From the NCBI GenBank assembly GCA_036574205.1, contig JAINCQ010000021.1, positions 18,794-82,793 of the forward strand: DNA of 64,000 nucleotides, given 5' to 3'. This DNA is from Elusimicrobiota bacterium. GTDB lineage: Bacteria; Elusimicrobiota; Elusimicrobia; Elusimicrobiales; UBA9959. Below the pieces are notes generated by a model, which had not been told where the DNA came from, made no database searches, and worked only from the letters and a program-made list of their open reading frames with translations. The position numbers were made by a program, and so were the translations under genes. Shown here one piece after another: positions 1 to 9,390 of the stretch; position 1 is the first letter of the stretch, and each line of letters opens with the position of its first letter.

Positions 1-830
1 GAAATAATGGGGTTTCTCTCGCTAATTCTGTTGAAGCGATGAATATAAATCCAGCAGGGGTTGCCTTTGCCCAAATGAAAGAAATAAGTTTCTCCCTTGT
101 AAATTGGTTTGAGGATTATAAAGGAAAGTATATTTCTTATGTTGAACCGCACGGCACAAATGTATTTGGAGTAAATATTGGATATTTTTCAACAGATGGG
201 TTTGATATAAGGGATGTAGATGGTGTTCCTCTTAATGCTGAGAATGTTAAATTTAAAAATATGTTTGGATCTATCTCTTTTGCAAAGTCTTTCTTTATGG
301 AAAGATTTGCTATAGGCTTTTCGGCTAAGTATGTTAGCGAAGACAGGTATGAGACAAAAGATAATGCAATAGTATATGATGCTGGCGCGGTCCTTAAAAT
401 TTCAAGGAAGATTGCATTAGGTTTTTCACAGCAAAATATATCAGGAGATCAAAAAAAAGTCGTTGGATTAACCAGATATGGGATATCTATAACACCTTCA
501 AGTTATCTTACGATTGTTGGTGACTCAAAGAAATATAGCGATACAAAAGGAAAATGGGGAGTTGGTTTTGAGTTTTCTCTTCCGGAGGAGCTTTTGCAAT
601 ATGGAAGGTTTGTTTTCAGGGCTGGTTATAATGATTCAATAGATTATGGAAAAAATTATGATGATTCAATGCTTGATAAATTAGGCTTAGATCAAACAAG
701 TGGGTGGAGTTTTGGTATAGGTGTTTATTCGGCATCCTCTTTTGGAAAAACATATGCTATTGAATATTCTATGATGCCTTATGGCGAGCTGGGAAAAACA
801 TCCCAGATTACTTTTAAATTTCAGTTTTAA
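1..830 (+). CDS. PorV/PorQ-family outer-membrane beta-barrel protein, 5'-truncated by window edge
   Basis: Frame is open from base 3 (NNGVSLANSVEAMNINPAG); NPAG motif near the N-terminus, alternating beta-strand pattern, C-terminal PYGELGKTSQITFKFQF with terminal Phe. Confidence 0.7.
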   Translation, partial: NNGVSLANSVEAMNINPAGVAFAQMKEISFSLVNWFEDYKGKYISYVEPHGTNVFGVNIGYFSTDGFDIRDVDGVPLNAENVKFKNMFGSISFAKSFFMERFAIGFSAKYVSEDRYETKDNAIVYDAGAVLKISRKIALGFSQQNISGDQKKVVGLTRYGISITPSSYLTIVGDSKKYSDTKGKWGVGFEFSLPEELLQYGRFVFRAGYNDSIDYGKNYDDSMLDKLGLDQTSGWSFGIGVYSASSFGKTYAIEYSMMPYGELGKTSQITFKFQF

Positions 831-832
831 TT

Positions 833-1003
833 ATGCGCAAAAGACGAGGACAAACAACTGTAGAATATATATTGATAACAGTTGTTATGGTTATAGCTTT
901 TGTTGTTATGCATAAAGCTCTTCAATGGGCGGCTGCCAAAAGATTTGAGCAGGATGGTGTGAGAATTTTAAGAATGTATAAAGAGGATTATTCAATAAAA
1001 TAG
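833..1003 (+). CDS. Small Flp-like/class III signal peptide pilin (56 aa), not in ORF track
   Basis: Manual translation MRKRRG|QTTVEYILITVVMVIAFVVMHKALQWAAAKRFEQDGVRILRMYKEDYSIK*; basic leader, G|QxxxEY prepilin motif, hydrophobic helix. Confidence 0.8.
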   Translation: MRKRRGQTTVEYILITVVMVIAFVVMHKALQWAAAKRFEQDGVRILRMYKEDYSIK

Positions 1004-1008
1004 AATAA

Positions 1009-1036
1009 TTGAATTTTTTAATAATTGTGCTATAAT
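1009..1036 (+). promoter_or_regulatory. Sigma70-type promoter for the flp pilin gene
   Basis: TTGAAT (1009-1014), 16 nt spacer, TGc-TATAAT extended -10 (1028-1036). Confidence 0.6.
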
Positions 1037-1095
1037 ATAAATAAAAAAGATAGAGGATAAATGAAAAGCAAATGCTTTTGATAAAGGAGGAAAAA

Positions 1096-1287
1096 ATGAA
1101 AAAGTATTTTAAGGTAAGAAAAGGGCAAAATACTGTTGAGTATTTGTTGATGCTTGCTGTGGTCGTTGGTGTTGTGTTAATAGCAGGAATGGCTATAAAG
1201 AAATATATGCCAACTCTCTGGGGACAGATACAGGGACTTATAAGTGGCGCTGCTGGATCACTCGGCGCTGGAGCTGGAAATCAATAA
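1096..1287 (+). CDS. flp: Flp-type major pilin (63 aa)
   Basis: SD AAGGAGG before ATG 1096 (preferred over 1072); RKG|QNTVEY prepilin motif followed by a hydrophobic helix; first gene of the Tad cluster. Confidence 0.85.
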   Translation: MKKYFKVRKGQNTVEYLLMLAVVVGVVLIAGMAIKKYMPTLWGQIQGLISGAAGSLGAGAGNQ

Positions 1288-1339
1288 ATTTTATAAAGAG
1301 TTTGATGGAACTAAAATTAGTTGAGAAAACAACAATGAG

Positions 1340-1828
1340 ATGGTGAAACTTTTAAGGAAAGCTCAGGTAACAGTGGAACTGCTTCTTGTTCTGCCGGTGT
1401 TTTTTTTAATGCTTTTTACAATAATGGAGTTCGGGCTTATAGCGCATAAAGTTATAGTGGTAAATCATGCGGCTTATGAGATAGCAAGGATAGGATCTCT
1501 TTTAGCAGGCCCCCATGGAGGGCAGAAAAATACTGCTTCAAAGATAGAGTATTCTAAACTTGAAGATGTAAAATGTCAGATCTTTGGTCCAACATGTGGA
1601 GAAGTTAATCTTATTGCTACTATAGATACAACCGGCTATGATCCTCAGGTTGGACCCCAGCATATAAATGAAGATATAGTTGTAACACTTATTTATCCTG
1701 TTCATTTAATTTTTCCGGGTCCAAATTACTTTCTGGCGGATCCACCAAGAAATGTTCATATTAAAAGGATAAGAGTTACTGTGAGGATGCCAATTGAAAA
1801 ACCGTTGTTTCAAAGTACAAGTTTTTAA
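1340..1828 (+). CDS. tadE: TadE-like pseudopilin
   Basis: KA|QVTVELLLVLPVFFLMLFTIMEFG...NHAAYEIARIG, the TadE N-terminal pattern. Confidence 0.85.
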   Translation: MVKLLRKAQVTVELLLVLPVFFLMLFTIMEFGLIAHKVIVVNHAAYEIARIGSLLAGPHGGQKNTASKIEYSKLEDVKCQIFGPTCGEVNLIATIDTTGYDPQVGPQHINEDIVVTLIYPVHLIFPGPNYFLADPPRNVHIKRIRVTVRMPIEKPLFQSTSF

Positions 1829-1892
1829 CTTTTTTTTAATATTAACTTAACAAGTTAAAGGTATAATTATTTTGTAAACCTAAGGAGAAAAT

Positions 1893-2648
1893 ATGGAAAA
1901 AAAACATACCCTAATCCCGCTTCTTCTTGCTATAATAGCTGCATCGCTATATTGGTGGATACTATCAAGCAAGGAAAGAGAGCTTTCAAGGGCATATGAA
2001 ACAGCGCAGGTTTTGGTTGCTAAATACGATCTGCCTGCCAGGACCATATTAAAATCAGATCTTGTTGAGATTGCCGAGATACCAAGAAAATTTATAGAAA
2101 AAGATGCGTATGAAGTTAGAAATCCAAGCGATATTAAACTTGTTACAAACCTTGTTACCGCAATAAGAATTCCAAAAGGAAATCAGATAACACAGTCTGC
2201 TCTTTTGACTCTCACCCCAGAAGCTGGGTTAAGCGTAAAGGTCCCTCCCGGATATAGAGGTGCGATGCTTTCAATTGATAGTGAGATGACAAAACTTATA
2301 AAGCCTGGAGACAGGGTTGATATACTTGTAAGTTTTGATGCAATAGTGGGAGAGAAAAAAGAAAAAGTTACCGCTACTATTTTGCAAAATGTTCTGGTTC
2401 TTGGTGTGGGGTCAAACCTTGGACAGGGGATGACCTCAGATCTTGCAAAAAAACAATCATCACAGGAAGCCGCTATGCAGTCTTTTTCAGATAAAGGTTC
2501 TTTAAGCCTTGCTTTAAATCCAATAGAGGCTCAGTATCTCGCGTTATCTCAGGAGATAGGAAAAGTTAATGTTGTTGTCAGGGCCCTTGGAGATGTTGAG
2601 ATACATTATATGGAAATAGCAAGCTTTAAGAAGCTTATTAAATCTTAA
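1893..2648 (+). CDS. cpaB: Flp pilus assembly protein CpaB/RcpC
   Basis: N-terminal TM, SAF-like VLVAKYDLPARTIL, PPGYRG..IKPGDRVDILV, TILQNVLVLGVG. Confidence 0.9.
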   Translation: MEKKHTLIPLLLAIIAASLYWWILSSKERELSRAYETAQVLVAKYDLPARTILKSDLVEIAEIPRKFIEKDAYEVRNPSDIKLVTNLVTAIRIPKGNQITQSALLTLTPEAGLSVKVPPGYRGAMLSIDSEMTKLIKPGDRVDILVSFDAIVGEKKEKVTATILQNVLVLGVGSNLGQGMTSDLAKKQSSQEAAMQSFSDKGSLSLALNPIEAQYLALSQEIGKVNVVVRALGDVEIHYMEIASFKKLIKS

Positions 2649-2657
2649 GGAGAATCT

Positions 2658-3377
2658 ATGATTAAAAGAATAATTTTAATAGTTTTAGCTTCGGTTCCTT
2701 TTCCTCTGGTATCTCAGGATACGATGATAGCAGTAAGCGCCGATATAGTTGAGATAAGCGGTTCTATTCAAAAAACAAGCGGATTTGGGTGGAATCAGAT
2801 GCTTGATTTCGGTGAACAAAACATCCCGGGGATTTTGACAATAGGTGATTTTGAAAGAAGAACCCAGCTTTCATCTTCGTTAAAGCTTCTTGAAACAGAA
2901 GGAAAAGCCCAGCTTCTTTCAAATCCAAAAATTGTTGTTAAAAACGGAATGCAGGCAAACTTTACTGTTGGTGGCGAGATACCAATACCTTATTCTAACA
3001 ATCAAGGGATAGGAGCGGAGTTTAAAAAATTTGGAGTCATACTTCAGGTTCTTCCAACTCAGGTTCCCAACAAAAAAGATACAGTTGATGTCCAGATAGC
3101 CCTTGAGGTATCAAATCCGGATTATTCAAAGCCAGTTGTTGTTCAAAATACCACAATACCATCAATGATTACGAGGCAAATACAGACTGAAGTAGAAATA
3201 AAAAGTGGAGAAACTCTTGTAATAGGTGGACTTAAAAAAAGCACGAGAAATGTTTCCATAAACAGAGTTCCATTGCTTGGTAGTATTCCTTTTATAGGAG
3301 CGCTTTTCAGGTCAAAAGATATTGTTGAAGATCAAAGCTCATTATTTTTGTTTGTGACATTTGAAATAATAAAATAA
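2658..3377 (+). CDS. Secretin (RcpA/CpaC-type), core domain only
   Basis: Signal peptide, LETEGKAQLLSNPKI, GGEIP, GETLVIGGL, VPLLGSIPFIGALFR secretin signature. Confidence 0.85.
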   Translation: MIKRIILIVLASVPFPLVSQDTMIAVSADIVEISGSIQKTSGFGWNQMLDFGEQNIPGILTIGDFERRTQLSSSLKLLETEGKAQLLSNPKIVVKNGMQANFTVGGEIPIPYSNNQGIGAEFKKFGVILQVLPTQVPNKKDTVDVQIALEVSNPDYSKPVVVQNTTIPSMITRQIQTEVEIKSGETLVIGGLKKSTRNVSINRVPLLGSIPFIGALFRSKDIVEDQSSLFLFVTFEIIK

Positions 3378-3378
3378 A

Positions 3379-5574
3379 ATGGCTAATAGAATTATTACAT
3401 TTACTGGGCCAAAAGAAGGTGTTGGAAAAACCTCTATTGTTATTAATTCTGCTGTAGCATATGCTCATCTTGAGAACAGAAATGTAATAATAATTCCAAT
3501 GGATCATCTTGCCAGGACTGAACATGATAAAATTCTTGGAGTTCCAAATACCCCATCAGTGGTGGATATCTTGAGAATGCTTGGGAGGGATTCTATAACA
3601 AGTGCGGGAATGCTTTTAAAAGGGAAAATACCGTTTTCTACATGGGGTGTTGGGGTTTTGCCGCTTGCAAAGAAAAGGCAGGATTTGCTTAAGCTTTCTC
3701 CCGATATTCTAACAGGACTCATTTCAAAGCTTACCCAGAATTTTGATATATTCATAGATGTTGATCCGTATTATCCGATGCAGTTTTTCGCTTTTGATAT
3801 CTCGGATCTTGTTTTCTGGGTCACAAATTCAAATGCAAATTCTTTGAATGCCTCAGCCACAATATTTCGGGATATAAACGAAATGCATTTTCCTTTGTCA
3901 AGATTTGAGATAGTTGTAAATCTTTATGATATGCCGGGGGCGCTTGCTCCAAAGGATGTGGAGAAGTTTTTTAAGCAAATCGGCAAAGAGGTTCTTGCTT
4001 TTATGCCATGGGAAGATGCATTGCCATCGTTTGCAAATCAAAACAAGATTTTGATAGTTGAAGATCCAAACGCTCAGTGGATAAAGATATTGAAGCTTAT
4101 TATATCAAGGATAATGGATATAGAGCCGGTAGAAAAAAGCTGGGCAAGCACTGCCTCTCAAACAGAGTTTACTCATGGAAGTGATCTTTTATGGAAACCG
4201 GTTGAAAAAACCTCAGATCTTTTTGGTTCGGGTGGTTCGCAAACCCAGACAAAAGTAGTAAATATAGAACTTCCGCAGTGGTGGGAAGATCTTAAAATGA
4301 AAATTCATAGAGATGTAGTAGCTGTTCTTGAGACTGAAAGGATAAAAATAAGCGATAATCCCGTTCAAAATCAGGAAGTAAGAAAAAAAGTTGATCAAAT
4401 AGTTAATTCCCTTTTGCAAAAAGAGACGGCATATCCTTTAACGAGAGAGCAAAGGACAAGATTTATATCGGAGCTTTTAGATGAAATATTGGGTCTGGGT
4501 CCGCTTGAAGAGTTGATGAGAGATCCTGCTGTTACAGAAATAATGGTTATTTCTGTTGATAAGGTTTATATTGAAAGAGCTGGAAAACTTACAAAGACGA
4601 AATTTCGTTTCAGGGATGAGGATCAGATAATTCAGGTTATCAAAAGAATAGTTGCGCCTTTAGGAAGAAGGATTGACGAGTCTGTGCCTCTGGTGGACGC
4701 AAGGCTTAAAGATGGTTCAAGAGTCAATGCTATAATACCGCCTCTTGCAGTAAGCGGGCCTGCTCTCACTATAAGAAGATTTTCCCAGAAACCTTTTACT
4801 GACAGAGATTTGATTTCCAAAGGAAGCATATCGCAGGATATGGTTGATTTTATAAGATTATGTGTATTGCTTAGAAAGGATATAATAATTTCAGGTGGAA
4901 CCGGAACCGGTAAAACAACTTTTTTGAATATGTGTTCCGCTTATATCCCGGAAGGAGAAAGGATAATTACTGTTGAGGATACTGCCGAGTTAAAGCTTCA
5001 GCAGGAACACTGGGTTCGTCTTGAATCCCGTCCGCCAAACATTGAAGGCAAGGGAGAGGTTACCATAAGGGATCTTGTAAAAAACTGCTTGAGAATGAGA
5101 CCTGATAGAATAGTAGTTGGGGAGGTTAGAGGAGCGGAGGCTCTGGATATGTTACAGGCTATGAATACTGGACATGAAGGTTCGCTTGCTACAATACACG
5201 CAAACTCTCCCCGTGATGCGTTGACGCGTTTAGAGGCTATGTGCCTTATGGCTGGAGCAGATTTACCGATCTGGGCACTTAGAGAGATGATTTCAAGCGC
5301 AGTTCATATTATAGTTCAGCTAACCAGATTTTCAGATGGAACAAGGAAAGTTACATCTATTACGGAAATAACAGGAAGAGATGAAAATAAAATTCTTACA
5401 CATGAATTGTTTAAATTTGTTCAGACGGGAGTGGATGAAAGCGGAAAGATTCTTGGATATTTTACCGCTACTGGCGAGCCACCAAAGTTTTATCCTGATT
5501 TTAAAACTCATGGTTTTGATGTGCCGGTAGAGATGTTCTGGACTGAAGATCAAAAAAGGCAAAGGGCAAAATGA
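3379..5574 (+). CDS. tadA: Fused TadZ/CpaE (MinD/ParA-like) and TadA/CpaF pilus assembly ATPase
   Basis: N-terminal deviant Walker A KEGVGKT; C-terminal [32 protein letters not shown]; single uninterrupted ORF. Confidence 0.9.
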   Translation: MANRIITFTGPKEGVGKTSIVINSAVAYAHLENRNVIIIPMDHLARTEHDKILGVPNTPSVVDILRMLGRDSITSAGMLLKGKIPFSTWGVGVLPLAKKRQDLLKLSPDILTGLISKLTQNFDIFIDVDPYYPMQFFAFDISDLVFWVTNSNANSLNASATIFRDINEMHFPLSRFEIVVNLYDMPGALAPKDVEKFFKQIGKEVLAFMPWEDALPSFANQNKILIVEDPNAQWIKILKLIISRIMDIEPVEKSWASTASQTEFTHGSDLLWKPVEKTSDLFGSGGSQTQTKVVNIELPQWWEDLKMKIHRDVVAVLETERIKISDNPVQNQEVRKKVDQIVNSLLQKETAYPLTREQRTRFISELLDEILGLGPLEELMRDPAVTEIMVISVDKVYIERAGKLTKTKFRFRDEDQIIQVIKRIVAPLGRRIDESVPLVDARLKDGSRVNAIIPPLAVSGPALTIRRFSQKPFTDRDLISKGSISQDMVDFIRLCVLLRKDIIISGGTGTGKTTFLNMCSAYIPEGERIITVEDTAELKLQQEHWVRLESRPPNIEGKGEVTIRDLVKNCLRMRPDRIVVGEVRGAEALDMLQAMNTGHEGSLATIHANSPRDALTRLEAMCLMAGADLPIWALREMISSAVHIIVQLTRFSDGTRKVTSITEITGRDENKILTHELFKFVQTGVDESGKILGYFTATGEPPKFYPDFKTHGFDVPVEMFWTEDQKRQRAK

Positions 5575-7121
5575 AAAAAAATTTTTTAAAGGTAATATTG
5601 TTTTTTGGGGGATTAAATTGTTTTTTACCTCTTTCATCCGCAATTTTTTCAAAATATCAGATGGAGGAGATAAAATGCGCTTCCACAAAGGCTCAACTTT
5701 TTTATTTTTATCTCAAGCCAGATAGAGCCCCTGATATAAAGGATTTTTCTTTTAAATGCAAGGGCAATAATGTTAGATATATTATGCCACAATGGATTGA
5801 CTCTACTCTTTCCAATATGATCAATAAAAAGGTCTGGCGCGATCCTGAGGAAGGAGAGGTGTCTGAAGCTGATTTATGGAGAACAGCTATATCTATAGTG
5901 TATGAATTTCTTGAGGTAACCAAAAAAACATTTCCTCCTGAAGAGGGAGGACCTGGGATTCAACCAGCGCTTCTTGTTAAGGAGTATGCAGATGTTAAAA
6001 TAAGATTCCAGATGTCTCTTGACAGGCTTTATAGGGCGCGGCTTGGCGAATCTTTTGATGGAAGGGGAAGGACCATACTTGCGATTTTTAATCTTATACT
6101 AAAAGAGATGGAAGCCATACTTGAATCAATAGCCACTTCAAATCCGCAAAAATACAATCAAGCGGTTGTTTCTATAAGTGTTTTATCACAGGATGCTTTT
6201 TCAATGATATTAAAGCCTTCAAGAAAGTATGAGCCACCAAGACCACCAGACAGATTCAAATTGATGTTATGGAAAATTTTTAGTGTTTTTGGAATAGTTC
6301 TCATTTTTGCAAGCGTTATATTATTTTTTGTTCTTAATGAAGAGAGTGTCAAAAAATGGAGTGAGGACTATAAAAAGAAAGTGGATATATGGAAACAGGA
6401 TTTTTCAAGACAATTTCTTGATATAAACATCAATTATCTTGTGGTTGTCCCTATAATCTTTTTTGGTATTCTTGGTTTATTGACAATGAGTATACTTCTT
6501 TTCTTTTTCTTTCTCGTTATAGGGGCTATTATCGGCTTTAAACTCCCAAGGATTGTTTTAAACATCTTAAAAATGGCGCGTGGCAAAAAGATAGACGCTC
6601 AACTTATGGATGCAATAATTCTTATGTCTAACTCATTAAAATCGGGGCTTGATATAATACAGGGTTTTGAGATGGTGTCAAAAGATCTTTTGCCGCCAAT
6701 ATCTGATGAATTTGCTCTTGTTATAAAGAATTATCAACTTGGAATGCCATTTGAAAAAGCCCTGGCAATAATGGAGGATAGAGTTTCAAGCAAGATGCTT
6801 TCTTATATGATAAGAGCCATTGTTTTACAAAGGCAGATAGGCGGAAATCTGACAAAGGTTTTTGAAAGAATTGTCATAGACATAAGAGAGGAATCAAAGC
6901 TTGAGGAAAAAACAAAGGCTCTTACTGCTCAACAGAGGATACAATCAATAGTTGTCGCAATAATGCCGTGGGTTATGGTTTCGGTGATGTTTGTTTTCCA
7001 GCCGGATGTTATGATAAGATTTTATGCTACACCGCTTGGATTTTTTACCGCTGTTTTTTGCGTTATATGGATGAGTATAGGAATAAAGTTTGTTTCTTCG
7101 CTTGGAAAGATAGAGGTTTAA
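5571..7121 (+). CDS. tadB: TadB (T2SSF-family) platform protein with extra N-terminal exported domain
   Basis: C-terminal QLMDAIILMSNSLKSG...RQIGGNL...KALTAQQR; about 230 extra N-terminal residues including a signal-peptide-like start. Confidence 0.85.
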   Translation: MKKNFLKVILFFGGLNCFLPLSSAIFSKYQMEEIKCASTKAQLFYFYLKPDRAPDIKDFSFKCKGNNVRYIMPQWIDSTLSNMINKKVWRDPEEGEVSEADLWRTAISIVYEFLEVTKKTFPPEEGGPGIQPALLVKEYADVKIRFQMSLDRLYRARLGESFDGRGRTILAIFNLILKEMEAILESIATSNPQKYNQAVVSISVLSQDAFSMILKPSRKYEPPRPPDRFKLMLWKIFSVFGIVLIFASVILFFVLNEESVKKWSEDYKKKVDIWKQDFSRQFLDININYLVVVPIIFFGILGLLTMSILLFFFFLVIGAIIGFKLPRIVLNILKMARGKKIDAQLMDAIILMSNSLKSGLDIIQGFEMVSKDLLPPISDEFALVIKNYQLGMPFEKALAIMEDRVSSKMLSYMIRAIVLQRQIGGNLTKVFERIVIDIREESKLEEKTKALTAQQRIQSIVVAIMPWVMVSVMFVFQPDVMIRFYATPLGFFTAVFCVIWMSIGIKFVSSLGKIEV

Positions 7122-7124
7122 ATT

Positions 7125-8018
7125 ATGGATTTTTTTAACATAATATTGATAATAATAGGGGTTATAGGCGCCCTTGCAACTTTTGTTTTTACCCAGAGAT
7201 TTTTTTCCCCGGCTAAGATAGAAGAGTCTGCGGTTTCAAATATAGCTGATATAGCCCAGAAAGAGGTATCACCATTTGACAGAATAGATCCTTCAAGAAG
7301 TTTTCTTGATAAGATAGATTATATACTTGCAAAGAACATGAAAATAGGAAGAAAAATAGAGAATCTTTTTATGCTTCTTGGAAAACCTGAAAACACAGAT
7401 CCTCTTAAACTTTTACATATAAAAGAAGGATTGGCAGTTGGAGTTCCTATTTTCATTTTTTTCCTTATAGGTTCGCCTATAATGGCGCTGTTTTTTGCGC
7501 CTGTTGGATTTATACTGCCTGATGTTTTTTTGAGTAGAAAGATACAAAAAAGACAGAGAGATATATTGAGAAACTTTCCTCAGTTTGTTGACCTTGCGGC
7601 GCTTATGATAGAATCCGGGCTTGATTACATAACTGCATTTGATAGAATAGTGAAAGTTTCGCCGGTTAAAACAGAGCTTGAGAAAGAAATTGAAAAAATG
7701 ATAGGTGAGATACAATTTGGATATTCCAGAAGAGACGCTTTAAGACGCCTTGCAAGTAGAACCGGACTTCAGGAGGTAAGATCTTTTTCCGGGCTTGTGA
7801 TACAGAGCGATGAACTTGGAACAAGTCTTGTTGATTTATTGAGGAATTTTAGCGCGGATATGAGGTTTAGAAGATTAAATCGTGCCGAGAAATTAGCCGC
7901 TCAGGCATCAACAAAAATGCTTATTCCTCTTTTCATATTTATATTCCCGGTTGTTTTTATATTAATGCTTGCTCCTATGATTAGCGATCTGCTTAGAGGC
8001 GGAGGTTTACCGTTTTAA
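7125..8018 (+). CDS. tadC: TadC (T2SSF-family) platform protein
   Basis: FPQFVDL..ESGL, QSDELGTSL, RAEKLAAQASTKMLIPL. Confidence 0.9.
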   Translation: MDFFNIILIIIGVIGALATFVFTQRFFSPAKIEESAVSNIADIAQKEVSPFDRIDPSRSFLDKIDYILAKNMKIGRKIENLFMLLGKPENTDPLKLLHIKEGLAVGVPIFIFFLIGSPIMALFFAPVGFILPDVFLSRKIQKRQRDILRNFPQFVDLAALMIESGLDYITAFDRIVKVSPVKTELEKEIEKMIGEIQFGYSRRDALRRLASRTGLQEVRSFSGLVIQSDELGTSLVDLLRNFSADMRFRRLNRAEKLAAQASTKMLIPLFIFIFPVVFILMLAPMISDLLRGGGLPF

Positions 8019-8031
8019 AGGTGGAGGTTTT

Positions 8032-9312
8032 ATGCGCTGGTTGTTTTTTTCTTGTATTTTTATTTCAGTATTTTCATTTGCTCAAAAATCCAGAGATGAA
8101 TCCACTGCTTTTTTAAGCCTTGGAAATGTTGGGCTTGAAAAGTTAAACGATGTGGAGGAAAAGAAAAAATTTCTTGAAACGGTTGATATAGAAAAACAGA
8201 AAATCAGTGATTATCTCATTAAAAGAATACTTGATAACGCATATGAACTCTATCGTAATGGAGATTATGAAGGAGCAGCCACAGTTGCTAAAAAAGTTTT
8301 GTCTATAGACCCAAGCTCAGAAGAAGCAAAGATGATAGCCAATGCAAGCAGGAATATTAAGGGGAAATCTGGCGGGAAGATTTCGTTTGATGAGCAATTT
8401 GCCGAGGCTTTAACCCTCTATCAAAAGGGAGAAGTGCTTGACGCATATAGAAAGGTTGGGGTTTTAGTTAGACTTTCGCCAAGTAACGTAAAGGCAAAAT
8501 ACTGGTATAAGAAGATAGAAGCTGATTTAAAAGATTATTATATATCTAAAGCCGGGGAGTATTATTCCTCAAATGATAAGAAGAATGCGCTTGTTATGTA
8601 TTATAGAGCTCTTGAGTTTGCGCCAAAAGACAGGGAAATTTTATCCAGAATTTCAGGACTTGAAAATGAGATGAGGCAGGATAAGCTTAACCAGAAACTT
8701 AAAGATGCTCTTGAGATTTACGCTTCAGGCAGGATTGAGGATGCATATGCCCTGCTTAAAGAGGCGATAAGCATAAATCCGGCGGATGAGAAGACCAACA
8801 AGCTTTTTAATGAATTAAAATCTGAAATTGAAAACAAATATATAAAAGAAGGGGATGCTTTTTATAAGAAAAAACAATATTTATCATCCATAAAATCTTT
8901 TACAAAAGCGCTTGCTTACTCAGATAATCCTTCAAAACTTGAAAGAGTTATAAATAACATAAAAAAAACAATGAAGAAAGAAGAGGAAGCAAAAAAACGA
9001 TATGCTGAAGAGAAAAAAAGAAAAGAGGAAGAGAAAAGGAGAAAAGAAAAAGAAGAGGAAGAAGCAAAAAAATCAGCTCAAGCCAGTACCACTGATGTTA
9101 AAACCTCAACTACTGATTTAAAAAATATTATATCAGAGCAGAATAAGATAGCGGCGCAGCAGCATTGGGTTGAAGGTGTTAAATATCTTCAAAGCGGAGA
9201 TTATCAAAAAGCAAAAGAAGAACTTTCCATAGCAAAAAAACTTGATCCTACAAACTCGGATATAGACGCGGCTCTTAAAAGAATAGATCAGATCTTAGGG
9301 GGAGGACAGTAA
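8032..9312 (+). CDS. Exported TPR-repeat protein (possible TadD/pilotin analogue)
   Basis: Signal peptide, repeated TPR-like helical pairs (ALEFAP, AISINP, AKKLDP), K/E-rich linker; last gene of the Tad run. Confidence 0.7.
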   Translation: MRWLFFSCIFISVFSFAQKSRDESTAFLSLGNVGLEKLNDVEEKKKFLETVDIEKQKISDYLIKRILDNAYELYRNGDYEGAATVAKKVLSIDPSSEEAKMIANASRNIKGKSGGKISFDEQFAEALTLYQKGEVLDAYRKVGVLVRLSPSNVKAKYWYKKIEADLKDYYISKAGEYYSSNDKKNALVMYYRALEFAPKDREILSRISGLENEMRQDKLNQKLKDALEIYASGRIEDAYALLKEAISINPADEKTNKLFNELKSEIENKYIKEGDAFYKKKQYLSSIKSFTKALAYSDNPSKLERVINNIKKTMKKEEEAKKRYAEEKKRKEEEKRRKEKEEEEAKKSAQASTTDVKTSTTDLKNIISEQNKIAAQQHWVEGVKYLQSGDYQKAKEELSIAKKLDPTNSDIDAALKRIDQILGGGQ

Positions 9313-9390
9313 ACTTAGTTAAGGGTTGTAAAAAGTATCTTTTATAGGTTTGAGAGTCATAACTTAAATAAAATATAATATAATATCATT

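Noticed and set aside
8970..9075. Purine-rich GAA/AAA tract in the TPR gene as a DNA repeat element
   Set aside because: Explained by a K/E/R-rich charged helical linker in the protein
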